A stretch of DNA of 64,000 nt from an uncultured Dokdonia sp. (GTDB lineage: Bacteria > Bacteroidota > Bacteroidia > Flavobacteriales > Flavobacteriaceae), in assembly GCA_938002835.1 (NCBI GenBank), contig CALKZS010000070.1, positions 1,560-65,559 of the forward strand. Direction: 5' to 3'. Positions 21,244 to 31,849 of this stretch are shown here, piece by piece (positions within the stretch are counted from its first letter, which is position 1; each line of letters opens with the position of its first letter). Below the pieces are notes generated by a model. That model saw only the letters and a program-made list of their open reading frames with translations. It did no database searches and had not been told where the DNA came from. A program made the position numbers and the translations under genes.

Positions 21244-22134
21244 ATGTCTCTTCAATCATTTGTATCATATCTCGATCTAGAAAGAAAATACAGTAAACAT
21301 ACTGTATTAGCATATCAAAAGGATGTAGAAGCTTTTGCAGCTTTTATAAAAGTAGAATATGATATCGAAACCTTGGAGGATGTGTCGTATACTATTGTGC
21401 GAAGTTGGATTGTGTCACTTGTAGAACAAGGAGTGGGTAATAGTTCAATAAATAGGAAAATAGCATCATTAAAAGCATATTATAAATTCTTATTAAAAAT
21501 AGAGGTAATAGAGGGTTCGCCGCTTGCAAAACATAAAGCCTTGAAAGTAGCTAAAAAAATTCAAATTCCTTTTTCAGAAAATGAAGTAGATCTGGTTTTA
21601 TATAAACTTAAAGATGTAAATGATTTTACATCTTTGCGTGATTTGCTCATTGTGGAGTTGTTGTATGGTACAGGAATGCGTAGGTCTGAGCTTGCGGATC
21701 TTACATTAGCTAGTGTAGACGTAAATCAAAAAACACTTAGAATAATAGGAAAACGTAATAAAGAACGAATTGTTCCATTGTTGCCTTCTGTTCTGAATAC
21801 GTTAGAAAACTATTTAGTTGTTCGTGATAATTTTGCTTCTCGTGCTCCATCAGAACCTTTATTAGTTACAAAACGTGGTGTTAAATTGTACAGTACACTT
21901 GTATATAGGACAATAAATCATTACTTTAGAGAAACGTCAGATAAACTTAAAACGAGTCCACATATATTAAGACATTCTTTTGCTACACATTTACTCAATC
22001 AAGGAGCAGATTTGAATGTAGTAAAAGAATTGTTAGGGCATTCAAGTCTTGCATCTACACAAGTTTATACTCATAATAGTATTAATAAACTAAAAGATGT
22101 GTATTCTAAGTCTCATCCTCGCAATAAAAAGTAA
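21244..22134 (+). CDS. XerC/XerD-type chromosomal tyrosine recombinase
   Basis: LYGTGMRRSE, GKRNKER, HILRHSFATH, LLGH, TQVYTH catalytic residues. Confidence 0.93.
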   Translation: MSLQSFVSYLDLERKYSKHTVLAYQKDVEAFAAFIKVEYDIETLEDVSYTIVRSWIVSLVEQGVGNSSINRKIASLKAYYKFLLKIEVIEGSPLAKHKALKVAKKIQIPFSENEVDLVLYKLKDVNDFTSLRDLLIVELLYGTGMRRSELADLTLASVDVNQKTLRIIGKRNKERIVPLLPSVLNTLENYLVVRDNFASRAPSEPLLVTKRGVKLYSTLVYRTINHYFRETSDKLKTSPHILRHSFATHLLNQGADLNVVKELLGHSSLASTQVYTHNSINKLKDVYSKSHPRNKK

Positions 22135-22203
22135 TATCTCACGTACTTATATAAGGGCATTTTTTTGAATGTCTATATTCTAACCTAAAAACCTAAAAAT
22201 CTT

Positions 22204-22506
22204 ATGAAAGTTACTGTAGAAGCACCCAAGTTTGATGCAGATGTAAAACTAACAACATTTATTAAAAACAGAGTTAGTAAATTAGAGCACTTTTATGACA
22301 AAATAATTGCAACAGATGTATTTTTAAAATTGGAGCCTAATGTGAGGCCTAATAATAAAATAGTAGAGGTGTTAGTTAGTGTGCCTGGAGATGAGTTTAT
22401 TGTTAAAAAAACAGCAAAATCATTTGAAGAAGCAACAGATAGCTGTGTACAATCGTTAGAAAGACTGTTAGTTAAACGAAAGGAAAAAATAAGATCACAC
22501 GCTTGA
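22204..22506 (+). CDS. hpf: Ribosome hibernation promoting factor (HPF/RaiA)
   Basis: S30EA-like sequence, conserved context. Confidence 0.88.
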   Translation: MKVTVEAPKFDADVKLTTFIKNRVSKLEHFYDKIIATDVFLKLEPNVRPNNKIVEVLVSVPGDEFIVKKTAKSFEEATDSCVQSLERLLVKRKEKIRSHA

Positions 22507-22528
22507 CAGAAAAAAAATAAAAAAAAGT

Positions 22529-22558
22529 TTTGGTAAGTATAAAAATTACCTACATTTG
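22529..22558 (+). promoter_or_regulatory. tRNA-tuf operon promoter: TTTG-N18-TACATTTG
   Basis: Full -33/-7 consensus upstream of tRNA-Thr. Confidence 0.75.
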
Positions 22559-22620
22559 CAATCCGTTAGAAATAGCGGATTTTTTTATACCTCTTTTTGG
22601 AGTATAAAAAATCATAAAAA

Positions 22621-22694
22621 GCCGATGTAGCTCAGCTGGCTAGAGCAGCTGATTTGTAATCAGCAGGTCGTGGGTTCGAGTCCCTCCATCGGCT
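22621..22694 (+). tRNA. tRNA-Thr(TGT)
   Basis: Acceptor GCCGATG/CATCGGC, anticodon stem GCTGA/TCAGC with loop TTTGTAA, GTTCGA T-loop. Confidence 0.97.
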
Positions 22695-22762
22695 CTTTTT
22701 TTATCTTTACAAAAGATGAAAAAGTTCTTTAAAATTTTGTTTTTATATCAATTTAAATTGCG

Positions 22763-22770
22763 TAATTTTG
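22763..22770 (+). promoter_or_regulatory. Possible internal promoter -7 element TAATTTTG before tRNA-Tyr
   Basis: TAnnTTTG with TTTG at 22736-22739. Confidence 0.45.
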
Positions 22771-22793
22771 CGCACCGAAAATAGATAATAAAC

Positions 22794-22875
22794 GGGGAGA
22801 TACTCAAGCGGCCAACGAGGACTGACTGTAACTCAGTTGTTTTTAACTTCGCAGGTTCGAATCCTGCTCTCCCCA
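22794..22875 (+). tRNA. tRNA-Tyr(GTA)
   Basis: GGGGAGA/TCTCCCC acceptor, ACTGA-CTGTAAC-TCAGT, long variable arm. Confidence 0.97.
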
Positions 22876-22917
22876 CACCATTAACTTTATATGTAGTAAT
22901 ATGTATAGGTTATAAAA

Positions 22918-22990
22918 GCGGGAGTAGCTCAGTTGGTAGAGCGTCAGCCTTCCAAGCTGAATGTCGCCAGTTCGAACCTGGTCTCCCGCT
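22918..22990 (+). tRNA. tRNA-Gly(TCC)
   Basis: GCGGGAG/CTCCCGC acceptor, TCAGC-CTTCCAA-GCTGA. Confidence 0.97.
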
Positions 22991-23074
22991 CAAAATAATA
23001 CTTCTATCTTATTGATGGAGGTTTTATTTGTTTGTGGTCAAGTAGTTTGACAATAAATATGCCTTTGGCCGTTG

Positions 23075-23090
23075 CGCTTTCGCGAAAGCG
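23075..23090. repeat. Palindrome copy 6, in the tRNA-Gly/tRNA-Thr spacer
   Basis: Exact 16-mer ending 10 nt before tRNA-Thr. Confidence 0.97.
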
Positions 23091-23100
23091 TAAAGAATAA

Positions 23101-23172
23101 GCCGACGTAGCTCAGGGGTAGAGCGTTTCCTTGGTAAGGAAGAGGCCACGGGTTCAAATCCCGTCGTTGGCT
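23101..23172 (+). tRNA. tRNA-Thr(GGT)
   Basis: GCCGACG/CGTTGGC acceptor, anticodon loop TTGGTAA. Confidence 0.97.
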
Positions 23173-23186
23173 CAAAAAAATGATAA

Positions 23187-23210
23187 TGAGTGCTGGTCGC
23201 ACTCACTTTT
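23187..23210 (+). terminator. Terminator-like hairpin between tRNA-Thr and tuf
   Basis: TGAGTGC-N5-GCACTCA then CTTTT. Confidence 0.5.
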
Positions 23211-23283
23211 TGTGTTTAAAAAAAGAAAATCGATCAATATTAAATTAGTACACTAATAATAACTAAGATTAAATAATTACATT

Positions 23284-24471
23284 ATGGCAAAGGAAACATA
23301 CGATCGTTCGAAACCCCATTTAAATGTTGGTACTATCGGACACGTTGATCACGGTAAAACAACTTTAACTGCTGCGATTACAAAAGTATTAGCAGATGCT
23401 GGTTTTTCAGAAGCTTCTGCTTTTGATCAAATTGATAATGCTCCTGAAGAAAAAGAAAGAGGTATAACAATTAACTCTTCACACGTTGAGTATGCGACTG
23501 AAAACCGTCACTATGCACACGTTGATTGTCCAGGTCACGCCGATTACGTAAAGAATATGGTAACTGGTGCTGCTCAAATGGACGGAGCTATCCTTGTGGT
23601 TGCTGCTACAGATGGTCCTATGCCACAAACACGTGAGCATATCCTTCTTGGTCGTCAGGTAGGTATTCCTCGTATCGTTGTTTTTATGAACAAAGTAGAT
23701 ATGGTTGATGATGAAGAATTACTTGAGTTAGTTGAGATGGAGATCAGAGATCTTCTTTCTTTCTATGAGTATGATGGAGATAATGGTCCTGTAGTAGCTG
23801 GTTCAGCACTTGGAGCATTAAACGGTGAGCAAAAATGGGTTGATACAGTATTAGAGCTTATGAAAGCTGTTGATACCTGGATTGAAGAGCCATTACGTGA
23901 AACTGAAAAAGATTTCTTAATGCCTATCGAGGATGTATTCTCTATTACTGGTCGTGGTACTGTTGCTACTGGTCGTATAGAAACTGGTATTGCAAATACT
24001 GGAGATCCTGTTGAGATTATTGGTATGGGGGCTGAAAAGCTTACTTCTACTATTACAGGTATTGAGATGTTCCGTCAAATCCTTGATAGAGGTGAGGCTG
24101 GAGATAATGCAGGTATCCTTTTAAGAGGTATTGAGAAAACTCAAATCTCAAGAGGTATGGTAATAGTTAAGCCAGGATCTGTAACTCCACACGCTAAGTT
24201 TAAAGCTGAGGTTTATATCCTTAAGAAAGAAGAAGGTGGGCGTCACACGCCATTCCATAATAACTACCGTCCACAGTTTTATGTGCGTACAACTGATGTA
24301 ACAGGTAATATTGGACTTCCTGATGGAGTTGAGATGGTAATGCCTGGAGATAACTTAACTATTACAGTTGAGCTTATCCAGCCTATCGCACTTAACATAG
24401 GTCTTCGTTTTGCTGTTCGTGAAGGAGGTAGAACTGTAGGAGCTGGTCAGGTTACTGAGATACTAGATTAA
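23284..24471 (+). CDS. tuf: Elongation factor Tu
   Basis: [26 protein letters not shown]. Confidence 0.99.
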   Translation: MAKETYDRSKPHLNVGTIGHVDHGKTTLTAAITKVLADAGFSEASAFDQIDNAPEEKERGITINSSHVEYATENRHYAHVDCPGHADYVKNMVTGAAQMDGAILVVAATDGPMPQTREHILLGRQVGIPRIVVFMNKVDMVDDEELLELVEMEIRDLLSFYEYDGDNGPVVAGSALGALNGEQKWVDTVLELMKAVDTWIEEPLRETEKDFLMPIEDVFSITGRGTVATGRIETGIANTGDPVEIIGMGAEKLTSTITGIEMFRQILDRGEAGDNAGILLRGIEKTQISRGMVIVKPGSVTPHAKFKAEVYILKKEEGGRHTPFHNNYRPQFYVRTTDVTGNIGLPDGVEMVMPGDNLTITVELIQPIALNIGLRFAVREGGRTVGAGQVTEILD

Positions 24472-24487
24472 TTTCTAGATAAATTAA

Positions 24488-24530
24488 AAAAGTAAAGGTG
24501 TCTCGTATATCGCGAGACGCCTTGACTTTT
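24488..24530 (+). terminator. Hairpin/terminator after tuf
   Basis: AAGGTGTCTCG/CGAGACGCCTT stem, extended by AAAAGT/ACTTTT. Confidence 0.65.
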
Positions 24531-24585
24531 GTTTAAAATGTTTTGTTTTTCCATTTTCGTTTAAAACGATTAAGAAAAACTACAT

Positions 24586-24658
24586 ACGGGTTTAGCTCAG
24601 TTGGTAGAGCACTGGTCTCCAAAACCAGGTGTCGTGAGTTCGAGTCTCTCAACCCGTG
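24586..24658 (+). tRNA. tRNA-Trp(CCA)
   Basis: ACGGGTT/AACCCGT acceptor, CTGGT-CTCCAAA-ACCAG. Confidence 0.97.
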
Positions 24659-24754
24659 CAATAAAAAGTTTAAATTGATTAAACTTTTAGGAATATTGAA
24701 CCTACTAGGTGTTTGCTTTTGTTAGAGTAAATTATCTGTTAAGAAATAAGAATT

Positions 24755-24955
24755 ATGGCTGGATTTATCAATTATGTTCAAGAATCATATAACGAACTAA
24801 AAAATCACGTAACCTGGACACCTCTTCCTGAGGCGCAACGTCTTATGGTAGTGGTTGCTGTGTTCTCAATACTTTTTTCACTAGCTGTTTGGGGTGTTGA
24901 TTCTGTATTTAGTAATGTGATCAAGTTGTATTTTGATAAAGTAGTAGGAGCATAA
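24755..24955 (+). CDS. secE: Preprotein translocase subunit SecE
   Basis: ELKNHVTW motif + one TM, between tRNA-Trp and nusG. Confidence 0.93.
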   Translation: MAGFINYVQESYNELKNHVTWTPLPEAQRLMVVVAVFSILFSLAVWGVDSVFSNVIKLYFDKVVGA

Positions 24956-24966
24956 TTAAAGAAACT

Positions 24967-25521
24967 ATGGCTAAGACAAGCAACACGAAACAGTGGTATG
25001 TGGTAAGGGCCGTTAGTGGTCAAGAAAACAAAGTAAAGGCATATATCGAACAAGAAATTTCTAGATTAAATCTAGAAGACCTTATAGAAGAGGTTCTTGT
25101 TCCTACTGAAAAAGTAATACAAATACGTAACGGTAAGAAAGTAAATAAAGAAAGAGTTTATTTTCCAGGTTATATAATGGTTAAGGCAAACTTAGTGGGA
25201 GAAATCCCTCACATCATTAAGTCTATTAATGGTGTCATAGGTTTCTTAGGTGAGGTAAAAGGAGGAGATCCTGTTCCATTACGTAAAGCAGAAGTAAATC
25301 GTATGCTTGGTAAAGTAGATGAGCTTGCAGTAAAACAAGATAGTGTTGCAATACCATTTACGGTAGGAGAGACTATTAAAGTTATTGATGGGCCTTTTAA
25401 TGGTTTTAATGGAACTGTGGAGAAGGTAAATGAAGAAAAGCGTAAACTTGAGGTAATGGTGAAGATTTTTGGAAGAAAAACACCACTTGAGTTAAGTTAT
25501 ATGCAAGTAGAAAAAGTATAA
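24967..25521 (+). CDS. nusG: Transcription termination/antitermination factor NusG
   Basis: WYVVRAVSGQE, FPGY, KOW motif IDGPF, IFGRKTP. Confidence 0.98.
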   Translation: MAKTSNTKQWYVVRAVSGQENKVKAYIEQEISRLNLEDLIEEVLVPTEKVIQIRNGKKVNKERVYFPGYIMVKANLVGEIPHIIKSINGVIGFLGEVKGGDPVPLRKAEVNRMLGKVDELAVKQDSVAIPFTVGETIKVIDGPFNGFNGTVEKVNEEKRKLEVMVKIFGRKTPLELSYMQVEKV

Positions 25522-25608
25522 AGAAAAGAATTAATTGTTACATTAATATATTTTGGATTTTGTTCTATTGCTTCCACTTTATGAACAGATCGACTTAAAT
25601 TTTTAAAA

Positions 25609-26049
25609 ATGGCAAAAGAAGTAAGTAAGGTTGTAAAGTTACAAGTACGAGGAGGTGCTGCAAATCCCTCTCCTCCAGTAGGACCTGCTTTGGGTGCAGC
25701 CGGTGTAAATATTATGGAGTTCTGTAAGCAATTTAATGCTAGAACTCAAGATAAAGCTGGTAAAGTACTTCCTGTTGCGATCACTGTATATAAGGATAAG
25801 TCTTTTGATTTTGTAATCAAGACGCCCCCTGCAGCAGTTCAGTTATTGGAAGCAGCCAAAGTTAAAGGTGGTTCAGGAGAACCTAACCGTAAAAAAGTTG
25901 CAAAAGTAACTTGGGATCAAGTTCGTGCAATTGCAGAAGACAAAATGCCTGATCTAAATGCATTTACTGTAGAAAGTGCAATGAAAATGGTAGCAGGTAC
26001 AGCACGTTCAATGGGAATAACGGTTAAAGGTGGAGATGCTCCAGCTTAA
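25609..26049 (+). CDS. rplK: 50S ribosomal protein L11
   Basis: [21 protein letters not shown]. Confidence 0.99.
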   Translation: MAKEVSKVVKLQVRGGAANPSPPVGPALGAAGVNIMEFCKQFNARTQDKAGKVLPVAITVYKDKSFDFVIKTPPAAVQLLEAAKVKGGSGEPNRKKVAKVTWDQVRAIAEDKMPDLNAFTVESAMKMVAGTARSMGITVKGGDAPA

Positions 26050-26070
26050 CAGCTTAAAACAAAACGAAAA

Positions 26071-26769
26071 ATGGCAAAATTAACAAAAAAGCAAAAAGAA
26101 AATCAGTCTAAGATTGAAACGGGTCAAACCTACAATCTAGCTGATGCCTCTGCTTTAATAAAAGAAGTAAGTAACGTAAACTTTGATCCTTCTGTAGATA
26201 TTGCTGTACGTCTCAATGTAGACCCACGTAAAGCAAATCAAATGGTTCGTGGTGTGGTTACATTACCTCACGGTACAGGTAAAGATGTAAAAGTACTTGC
26301 CTTAGTAACTCCAGATAAAGCAGGAGAGGCGGAAGCAGCAGGTGCAGATTACGTAGGTCTTGATGAATACCTTGAAAAAATTAAAGGTGGATGGACAGAT
26401 GTAGATGTAATTATCACAATGCCTAGCGTTATGGGTAAATTAGGTCCATTGGGGCGTGTCTTAGGACCACGTGGTTTAATGCCTAATCCTAAAACGGGTA
26501 CGGTAACAATGGATATAGCAAAAGCAGTATCAGATGTAAAGGCTGGTAAAATTGACTTTAAAGTTGATAAAACAGGTATCGTACACGCATCTGTAGGTAA
26601 AGCATCTTTTGATGCAGATAAAATTGCAGGAAACGCAAAAGAATTAATAACAACATTAGTAAAACTTAAGCCTACAACGGCAAAAGGAGTGTACATTAAA
26701 AGCATATTTATGTCAAGTACAATGAGTCCTTCTGTAGAGGTAGATACAAAGCGTTTTGCTACTGAGTAG
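26071..26769 (+). CDS. rplA: 50S ribosomal protein L1
   Basis: [23 protein letters not shown]. Confidence 0.99.
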   Translation: MAKLTKKQKENQSKIETGQTYNLADASALIKEVSNVNFDPSVDIAVRLNVDPRKANQMVRGVVTLPHGTGKDVKVLALVTPDKAGEAEAAGADYVGLDEYLEKIKGGWTDVDVIITMPSVMGKLGPLGRVLGPRGLMPNPKTGTVTMDIAKAVSDVKAGKIDFKVDKTGIVHASVGKASFDADKIAGNAKELITTLVKLKPTTAKGVYIKSIFMSSTMSPSVEVDTKRFATE

Positions 26770-26784
26770 TTTAAATTTTAGATT

Positions 26785-27306
26785 ATGACAAGAGAACAAA
26801 AATCAATAGTAATTAAAGATTTAACTGCAAAGCTAGCCGATAATGCTCATATATATCTAGCAGATATATCTGGTCTTGATGCAGGTGCTACTTCAAATTT
26901 ACGTCGTGCTTGTTTTAAAGCTGGAGTGAGTCTTGCAGTAGTTAAGAACACATTGCTATCAAAAGCAATGGAAGCATCAGACAAAGATTTTGCAGAGCTT
27001 CCTAATGTATTGAAAGGAAATACAGCAATAATGTTTGCTGAGACGGGTAATGCACCAGCAAAGGTAATTAAGGAATTTCGTAAGAAATCTGATAAACCTT
27101 TACTAAAGGGAGCATTTATAGAAGAAGCAATCTACGTTGGAGATGACCAACTAGAGAGTCTGGTAAATATCAAATCGAGAGAAGAGCTTATTGGAGAAAT
27201 TGTTGGATTACTTCAATCGCCTGCTAAAAACGTTATTAGCGCTCTTAAATCAGGTGGAAATACTCTTTCAGGTATTATCAAAACCCTTTCTGAAAAGGAA
27301 GGTTAA
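26785..27306 (+). CDS. rplJ: 50S ribosomal protein L10
   Basis: VVKNTL motif, operon position. Confidence 0.97.
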   Translation: MTREQKSIVIKDLTAKLADNAHIYLADISGLDAGATSNLRRACFKAGVSLAVVKNTLLSKAMEASDKDFAELPNVLKGNTAIMFAETGNAPAKVIKEFRKKSDKPLLKGAFIEEAIYVGDDQLESLVNIKSREELIGEIVGLLQSPAKNVISALKSGGNTLSGIIKTLSEKEG

Positions 27307-27359
27307 GCAGTACGCACTATTATTTATTATATAAACATTTTTTTTAAAAACGATAGAAA

Positions 27360-27734
27360 ATGGCAGATTTAAAAGATTTCGCAGAACAATTAGTTAACCT
27401 TACTGTAAAAGAGGTAAATGAGTTAGCTACAATATTAAAAGACGAGTATGGTATCGAGCCTGCTGCTGCAGCTGTAGCTGTTGCTGCTGGTGGAGCTGGT
27501 GGTGGAGACGCTGCTGAGGAGAAGTCAGAATTTGACGTAATCCTTAAGGCTGCTGGAGGTTCTAAACTAGCTGTAGTTAAGTTGGTAAAAGAACTTACAG
27601 GTGCTGGTCTTAAAGATGCAAAAGCATTAGTAGACGGAGCTCCTTCTCCTATTAAAGAAGGTGTTTCTAAAGATGAAGCAGAAGCACTTAAAGCTCAATT
27701 AGAAGAAGCTGGTGCAGAGGTTGAGCTTAAGTAA
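27360..27734 (+). CDS. rplL: 50S ribosomal protein L7/L12
   Basis: Ala-rich hinge, [21 protein letters not shown]. Confidence 0.99.
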   Translation: MADLKDFAEQLVNLTVKEVNELATILKDEYGIEPAAAAVAVAAGGAGGGDAAEEKSEFDVILKAAGGSKLAVVKLVKELTGAGLKDAKALVDGAPSPIKEGVSKDEAEALKAQLEEAGAEVELK

Positions 27735-27754
27735 GCTCAACATAATAACTAGAT

Positions 27755-27808
27755 AAAGGTTTAGGTTGATTGCGCTTTCGCGAAAGCGTAATTTGACCTA
27801 AACCATTT
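27755..27808 (+). terminator. Long hairpin after rplL whose apex is palindrome copy 7
   Basis: GGTTTAGGTT/GACCTAAACC arms continuing through GATTG/TAATT into the palindrome. Confidence 0.65.
27773..27788. repeat. Palindrome copy 7, rplL-rpoB spacer
   Basis: Exact 16-mer. Confidence 0.97.
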
Positions 27809-27928
27809 GTCGTATATAATAGTTGCATACTATGTAACACGACTCATTTCTTGATTTTAGGTCGGTAACTAAAAGTCAAAATTTGAACTTGCTAAGGGGC
27901 AAGTTTAGTTCTAATCAAATTCCGTTCG

Positions 27929-30900
27929 TTGATGATGCAAGATGCAAAACAAGCAGAAAGAATCAGTTTCTCATCGGTAAAGAATAGACCTGATTATCCA
28001 GATTTTCTAGATATTCAAGTAAAATCATTTCAAGATTTTTTCCAGTTGGAAACAAAATCTGATGAAAGAGGTGATGAAGGTCTTTACAATACTTTTCTTG
28101 AGAACTTCCCAATTACAGATACTCGTAACAATTTTGTGCTCGAGTTTTTAGATTATTTTGTAGATCCACCAAGATACTCCATTCAAGAGTGTATAGAACG
28201 TGGTCTTACTTATAGTGTGCCATTAAAAGCACGTCTAAAACTCTATTGTACAGATGAAGAGCACGAGGATTTTGAAACTATTGTACAAGATGTTTATCTA
28301 GGTACAATACCTTATATGACTCCTAGTGGTACATTTGTGATTAATGGCGCAGAACGTGTTGTTGTATCTCAATTACACCGTTCACCTGGGGTATTCTTCG
28401 GGCAATCGTTCCACGCAAACGGAACAAAATTATATTCTGCTCGTGTTATTCCATTTAAGGGATCGTGGATAGAATTTGCAACAGATATAAATAGCGTTAT
28501 GTACGCTTATATCGATCGTAAGAAAAAATTACCTGTTACGACACTTTTCCGTGCTATTGGTTTTGAAAGAGATAAGGATATACTTGAGATCTTTGACCTT
28601 GCAGAAGAAGTTAAAGTTTCTAAAACAGGACTTAAAAAATATCTTGGTCGCAAGCTTGCTGCACGTGTACTTAATACTTGGCACGAAGATTTTGTAGATG
28701 AAGATACAGGAGAAGTTGTATCTATAGAGCGTAACGAGATTGTACTTGATCGTGATACTCTTCTTGAAAAAGAGCATATAGAAGAAATTCTAGAAGCTGG
28801 AGCAAAAACTATATTGCTTCATAAAGAAGATAATCAGCAGGCAGATTATGCGATTATCCATAATACATTACAAAAAGATCCAACAAACTCAGAAAAAGAG
28901 GCTGTTGAACATATATATAGACAACTACGTAATGCTGAACCGCCAGATGAGGAAACAGCACGTGGTATTATAGATAAATTATTCTTTTCTGACCAACGTT
29001 ACAACTTAGGTGAAGTAGGTCGTTACAGAATGAACAAAAAATTAGGTCTTGATATTGAGATGGATAAGCAAGTGCTTACCAAGTTAGATATCATTACTAT
29101 CATTAAGTATCTTATTGAATTAATCAATGCAAAAGCAGAGATTGATGATATAGATCACTTAAGTAACCGTCGTGTTCGTACAGTAGGAGAGCAACTTTCT
29201 GCACAATTTGGTGTAGGTCTTGCTCGTATGGCTCGTACAATACGTGAGCGTATGAATGTACGTGATAACGAAGTGTTTACTCCTATAGATTTGATTAATG
29301 CAAAGACACTTTCTTCTGTAATTAATTCTTTCTTTGGAACAAACCAGTTATCACAGTTTATGGATCAAACCAATCCATTAGCAGAGATTACGCACAAGCG
29401 TCGTCTTTCGGCTCTTGGGCCTGGAGGTTTATCACGTGAACGTGCTGGTTTTGAGGTACGAGATGTACACTATACTCACTACGGAAGATTATGTCCTATT
29501 GAAACACCAGAAGGACCTAATATTGGTCTTATTTCTTCACTTGCGGTATATGCAAAAGTGAATAATATGGGATTCATTGAGACTCCATACCGTAAGGTAG
29601 AAAATGGTAAAATAGATCTTGAGGAAAAGCCTCAATATTTAAGTGCAGAAGAAGAAGAAGGAATGTTGATTGCTCAAGCAAACAACCCTATGAATGATGA
29701 TGGTACAATTACTGAAGAAAAAGTAATTGCACGTATGGAGGGAGATTTTCCTGTAGTAGATCCAGATACGGTTCACTATGCAGATGTTTCTCCTAACCAG
29801 ATTGCATCTATCTCTGCATCACTTATTCCATTCTTAGAGCACGATGATGCAAACCGTGCATTAATGGGATCAAATATGATGCGCCAGGCAGTACCACTTA
29901 TTATGGCAGATGCGCCTATCGTGGGAACAGGTCTGGAACGTCAAGTAGCTACAGATTCTAGAGTACTTATCAACGCAGAAGGTGATGGTACCGTAGAGTA
30001 TGTAGATGCAAATATGATTACAATTAAATACGATCGTACTGATGATCAACGTCTAGTTAGTTTTGACGATGATAGTAAATCTTACAATCTTATTAAATTC
30101 CGTAAAACTAACCAAGGAACAAACATTAATCTAAAACCTATTGTTAGAGTAGGAGATAGAGTTGTTAAAGGACAGGTATTATGTCAAGGGTATGCTACAG
30201 AGAACGGCGAGCTTGCACTTGGACGTAATATGAAAGTTGCCTTTATGCCTTGGAAAGGGTATAACTTTGAGGATGCGATTGTAATATCAGAAAAGGTTGT
30301 TCGTGACGATATATTTACATCTATTCATATCGATGAGTATTCTCTTGATGTGCGTGATACTAAATTAGGTAATGAAGAGCTTACAAATGATATTCCTAAT
30401 GTATCTGAAGAGGCAACAAAAGATCTAGACGAGTACGGTATGATCCGTATTGGTGCAGAAGTAAAACCTGGAGATATATTAATAGGTAAAATTACTCCTA
30501 AAGGAGAATCAGATCCTACTCCAGAAGAAAAATTACTTCGCGCAATATTTGGAGATAAAGCAGGTGATGTAAAAGATGCTTCTCTTAAAGCGTCTCCTTC
30601 GTTACACGGTGTTGTAATCAATAAGAAACTTTTTGCTCGTGCTATTAAAGATAAACGCAAAAGAGCAAAAGATAAAGAAGATATCGCAATACTAGAAGAT
30701 CAGTATGATGTGAAGTTTGAAGAGTTACAAACGATCTTAATAGATAAATTATTTAAGCTTGTAAATGGTAAAACTGCGCAAGGTGTAATGAATGATTTAG
30801 GTGAAGAAGTACTTCCTAAAGGAAAGAAATTTACCCTTAAGATGTTAAACTCTATAGATGATTATACACACCTTACTCAAGGAACGTGGACTACAGATAA

Positions 30901-31753
30901 CGCGACAAACACACTTATAGCAGATCTTTTACATAACTATAAGATTAAAGAAAACGACCTGCAAGGAAACTTACGTCGTGAGAAATTTACAATCTCTGTA
31001 GGAGATGAGTTACCAGCTGGTATCATCAAACTTGCAAAGGTGTATATTGCTAAAAAACGTAAGCTTAAAGTAGGAGATAAGATGGCAGGACGTCACGGTA
31101 ATAAAGGTATCGTAGCACGTATTGTACGTCAGGAGGATATGCCGTTCCTTGAGGATGGAACTCCAGTAGATATTGTATTGAACCCGCTAGGTGTACCATC
31201 TCGTATGAACATTGGTCAAATATATGAGACGGTGTTAGGATGGGCTGGACAAAAATTAGGACGTACGTATGCGACCCCTATTTTTGACGGAGCAACACTA
31301 GATCAAATCAATGAACTTACAGACGAAGCAGGAATTCCACGTTTTGGTCATACCTATTTATATGACGGAGGAACTGGAGATCGTTTTGATCAACCAGCAA
31401 CTGTAGGAGTGATCTATATGCTTAAACTAGGACATATGGTAGATGATAAGATGCACGCGCGTTCTATCGGGCCATACTCTCTTATTACTCAGCAACCTCT
31501 TGGAGGTAAAGCTCAGTTTGGAGGGCAACGTTTTGGAGAGATGGAAGTTTGGGCACTTGAGGCATACGGTGCATCAAGTACACTTCGTGAGATCTTGACA
31601 GTTAAGTCAGATGACGTGATAGGTCGTGCAAAAACATATGAAAGTATTGTAAAAGGAGAGCCTATGCCTGAGCCAGGCCTTCCAGAATCTTTCAATGTAT
31701 TAATGCACGAACTTAAAGGACTAGGACTAGACATTCGTCTGGAGCAAAAGTAA
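27929..31753 (+). CDS. rpoB: RNA polymerase beta subunit (start TTG 27929, or ATG 27932/27935)
   Basis: [29 protein letters not shown]. Confidence 0.99.
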   Translation: MMMQDAKQAERISFSSVKNRPDYPDFLDIQVKSFQDFFQLETKSDERGDEGLYNTFLENFPITDTRNNFVLEFLDYFVDPPRYSIQECIERGLTYSVPLKARLKLYCTDEEHEDFETIVQDVYLGTIPYMTPSGTFVINGAERVVVSQLHRSPGVFFGQSFHANGTKLYSARVIPFKGSWIEFATDINSVMYAYIDRKKKLPVTTLFRAIGFERDKDILEIFDLAEEVKVSKTGLKKYLGRKLAARVLNTWHEDFVDEDTGEVVSIERNEIVLDRDTLLEKEHIEEILEAGAKTILLHKEDNQQADYAIIHNTLQKDPTNSEKEAVEHIYRQLRNAEPPDEETARGIIDKLFFSDQRYNLGEVGRYRMNKKLGLDIEMDKQVLTKLDIITIIKYLIELINAKAEIDDIDHLSNRRVRTVGEQLSAQFGVGLARMARTIRERMNVRDNEVFTPIDLINAKTLSSVINSFFGTNQLSQFMDQTNPLAEITHKRRLSALGPGGLSRERAGFEVRDVHYTHYGRLCPIETPEGPNIGLISSLAVYAKVNNMGFIETPYRKVENGKIDLEEKPQYLSAEEEEGMLIAQANNPMNDDGTITEEKVIARMEGDFPVVDPDTVHYADVSPNQIASISASLIPFLEHDDANRALMGSNMMRQAVPLIMADAPIVGTGLERQVATDSRVLINAEGDGTVEYVDANMITIKYDRTDDQRLVSFDDDSKSYNLIKFRKTNQGTNINLKPIVRVGDRVVKGQVLCQGYATENGELALGRNMKVAFMPWKGYNFEDAIVISEKVVRDDIFTSIHIDEYSLDVRDTKLGNEELTNDIPNVSEEATKDLDEYGMIRIGAEVKPGDILIGKITPKGESDPTPEEKLLRAIFGDKAGDVKDASLKASPSLHGVVINKKLFARAIKDKRKRAKDKEDIAILEDQYDVKFEELQTILIDKLFKLVNGKTAQGVMNDLGEEVLPKGKKFTLKMLNSIDDYTHLTQGTWTTDNATNTLIADLLHNYKIKENDLQGNLRREKFTISVGDELPAGIIKLAKVYIAKKRKLKVGDKMAGRHGNKGIVARIVRQEDMPFLEDGTPVDIVLNPLGVPSRMNIGQIYETVLGWAGQKLGRTYATPIFDGATLDQINELTDEAGIPRFGHTYLYDGGTGDRFDQPATVGVIYMLKLGHMVDDKMHARSIGPYSLITQQPLGGKAQFGGQRFGEMEVWALEAYGASSTLREILTVKSDDVIGRAKTYESIVKGEPMPEPGLPESFNVLMHELKGLGLDIRLEQK

Positions 31754-31787
31754 ATGGTTTTTGGAAAGTGGAATCTCTTGGGATTCC

Positions 31788-31801
31788 GCTTTCGCGAAAG
31801 C
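31788..31801. repeat. Palindrome copy 8 (14-bp core), rpoB-rpoC spacer, abutting a small hairpin at 31770-31787
   Basis: GCTTTCGCGAAAGC exact; flanks C/A. Confidence 0.97.
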
Positions 31802-31849
31802 ATAACAACAACCATTCACAACAATAATTAATTCGACATACATAGAATT

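Noticed and set aside
21244-22134. Tyrosine recombinase as the integrase of a mobile element next to the tRNA cluster
   Set aside because: rpsU-xer-hpf-tRNA-tuf is a conserved Bacteroidota arrangement; no att duplication, cargo or compositional break was seen.
23075-23090. The palindrome as parS or a Noc-binding site
   Set aside because: Only superficial similarity to TGTTTCACGTGAAACA and ATTTCCCGGGAAAT (different half-site spacing; 6/14 identity to NBS), and density is far higher than parS.
23024-23206. 60-aa minus-strand ORF, and the 60-aa ORF at 24543-24725
   Set aside because: They overlap bona fide tRNA genes.
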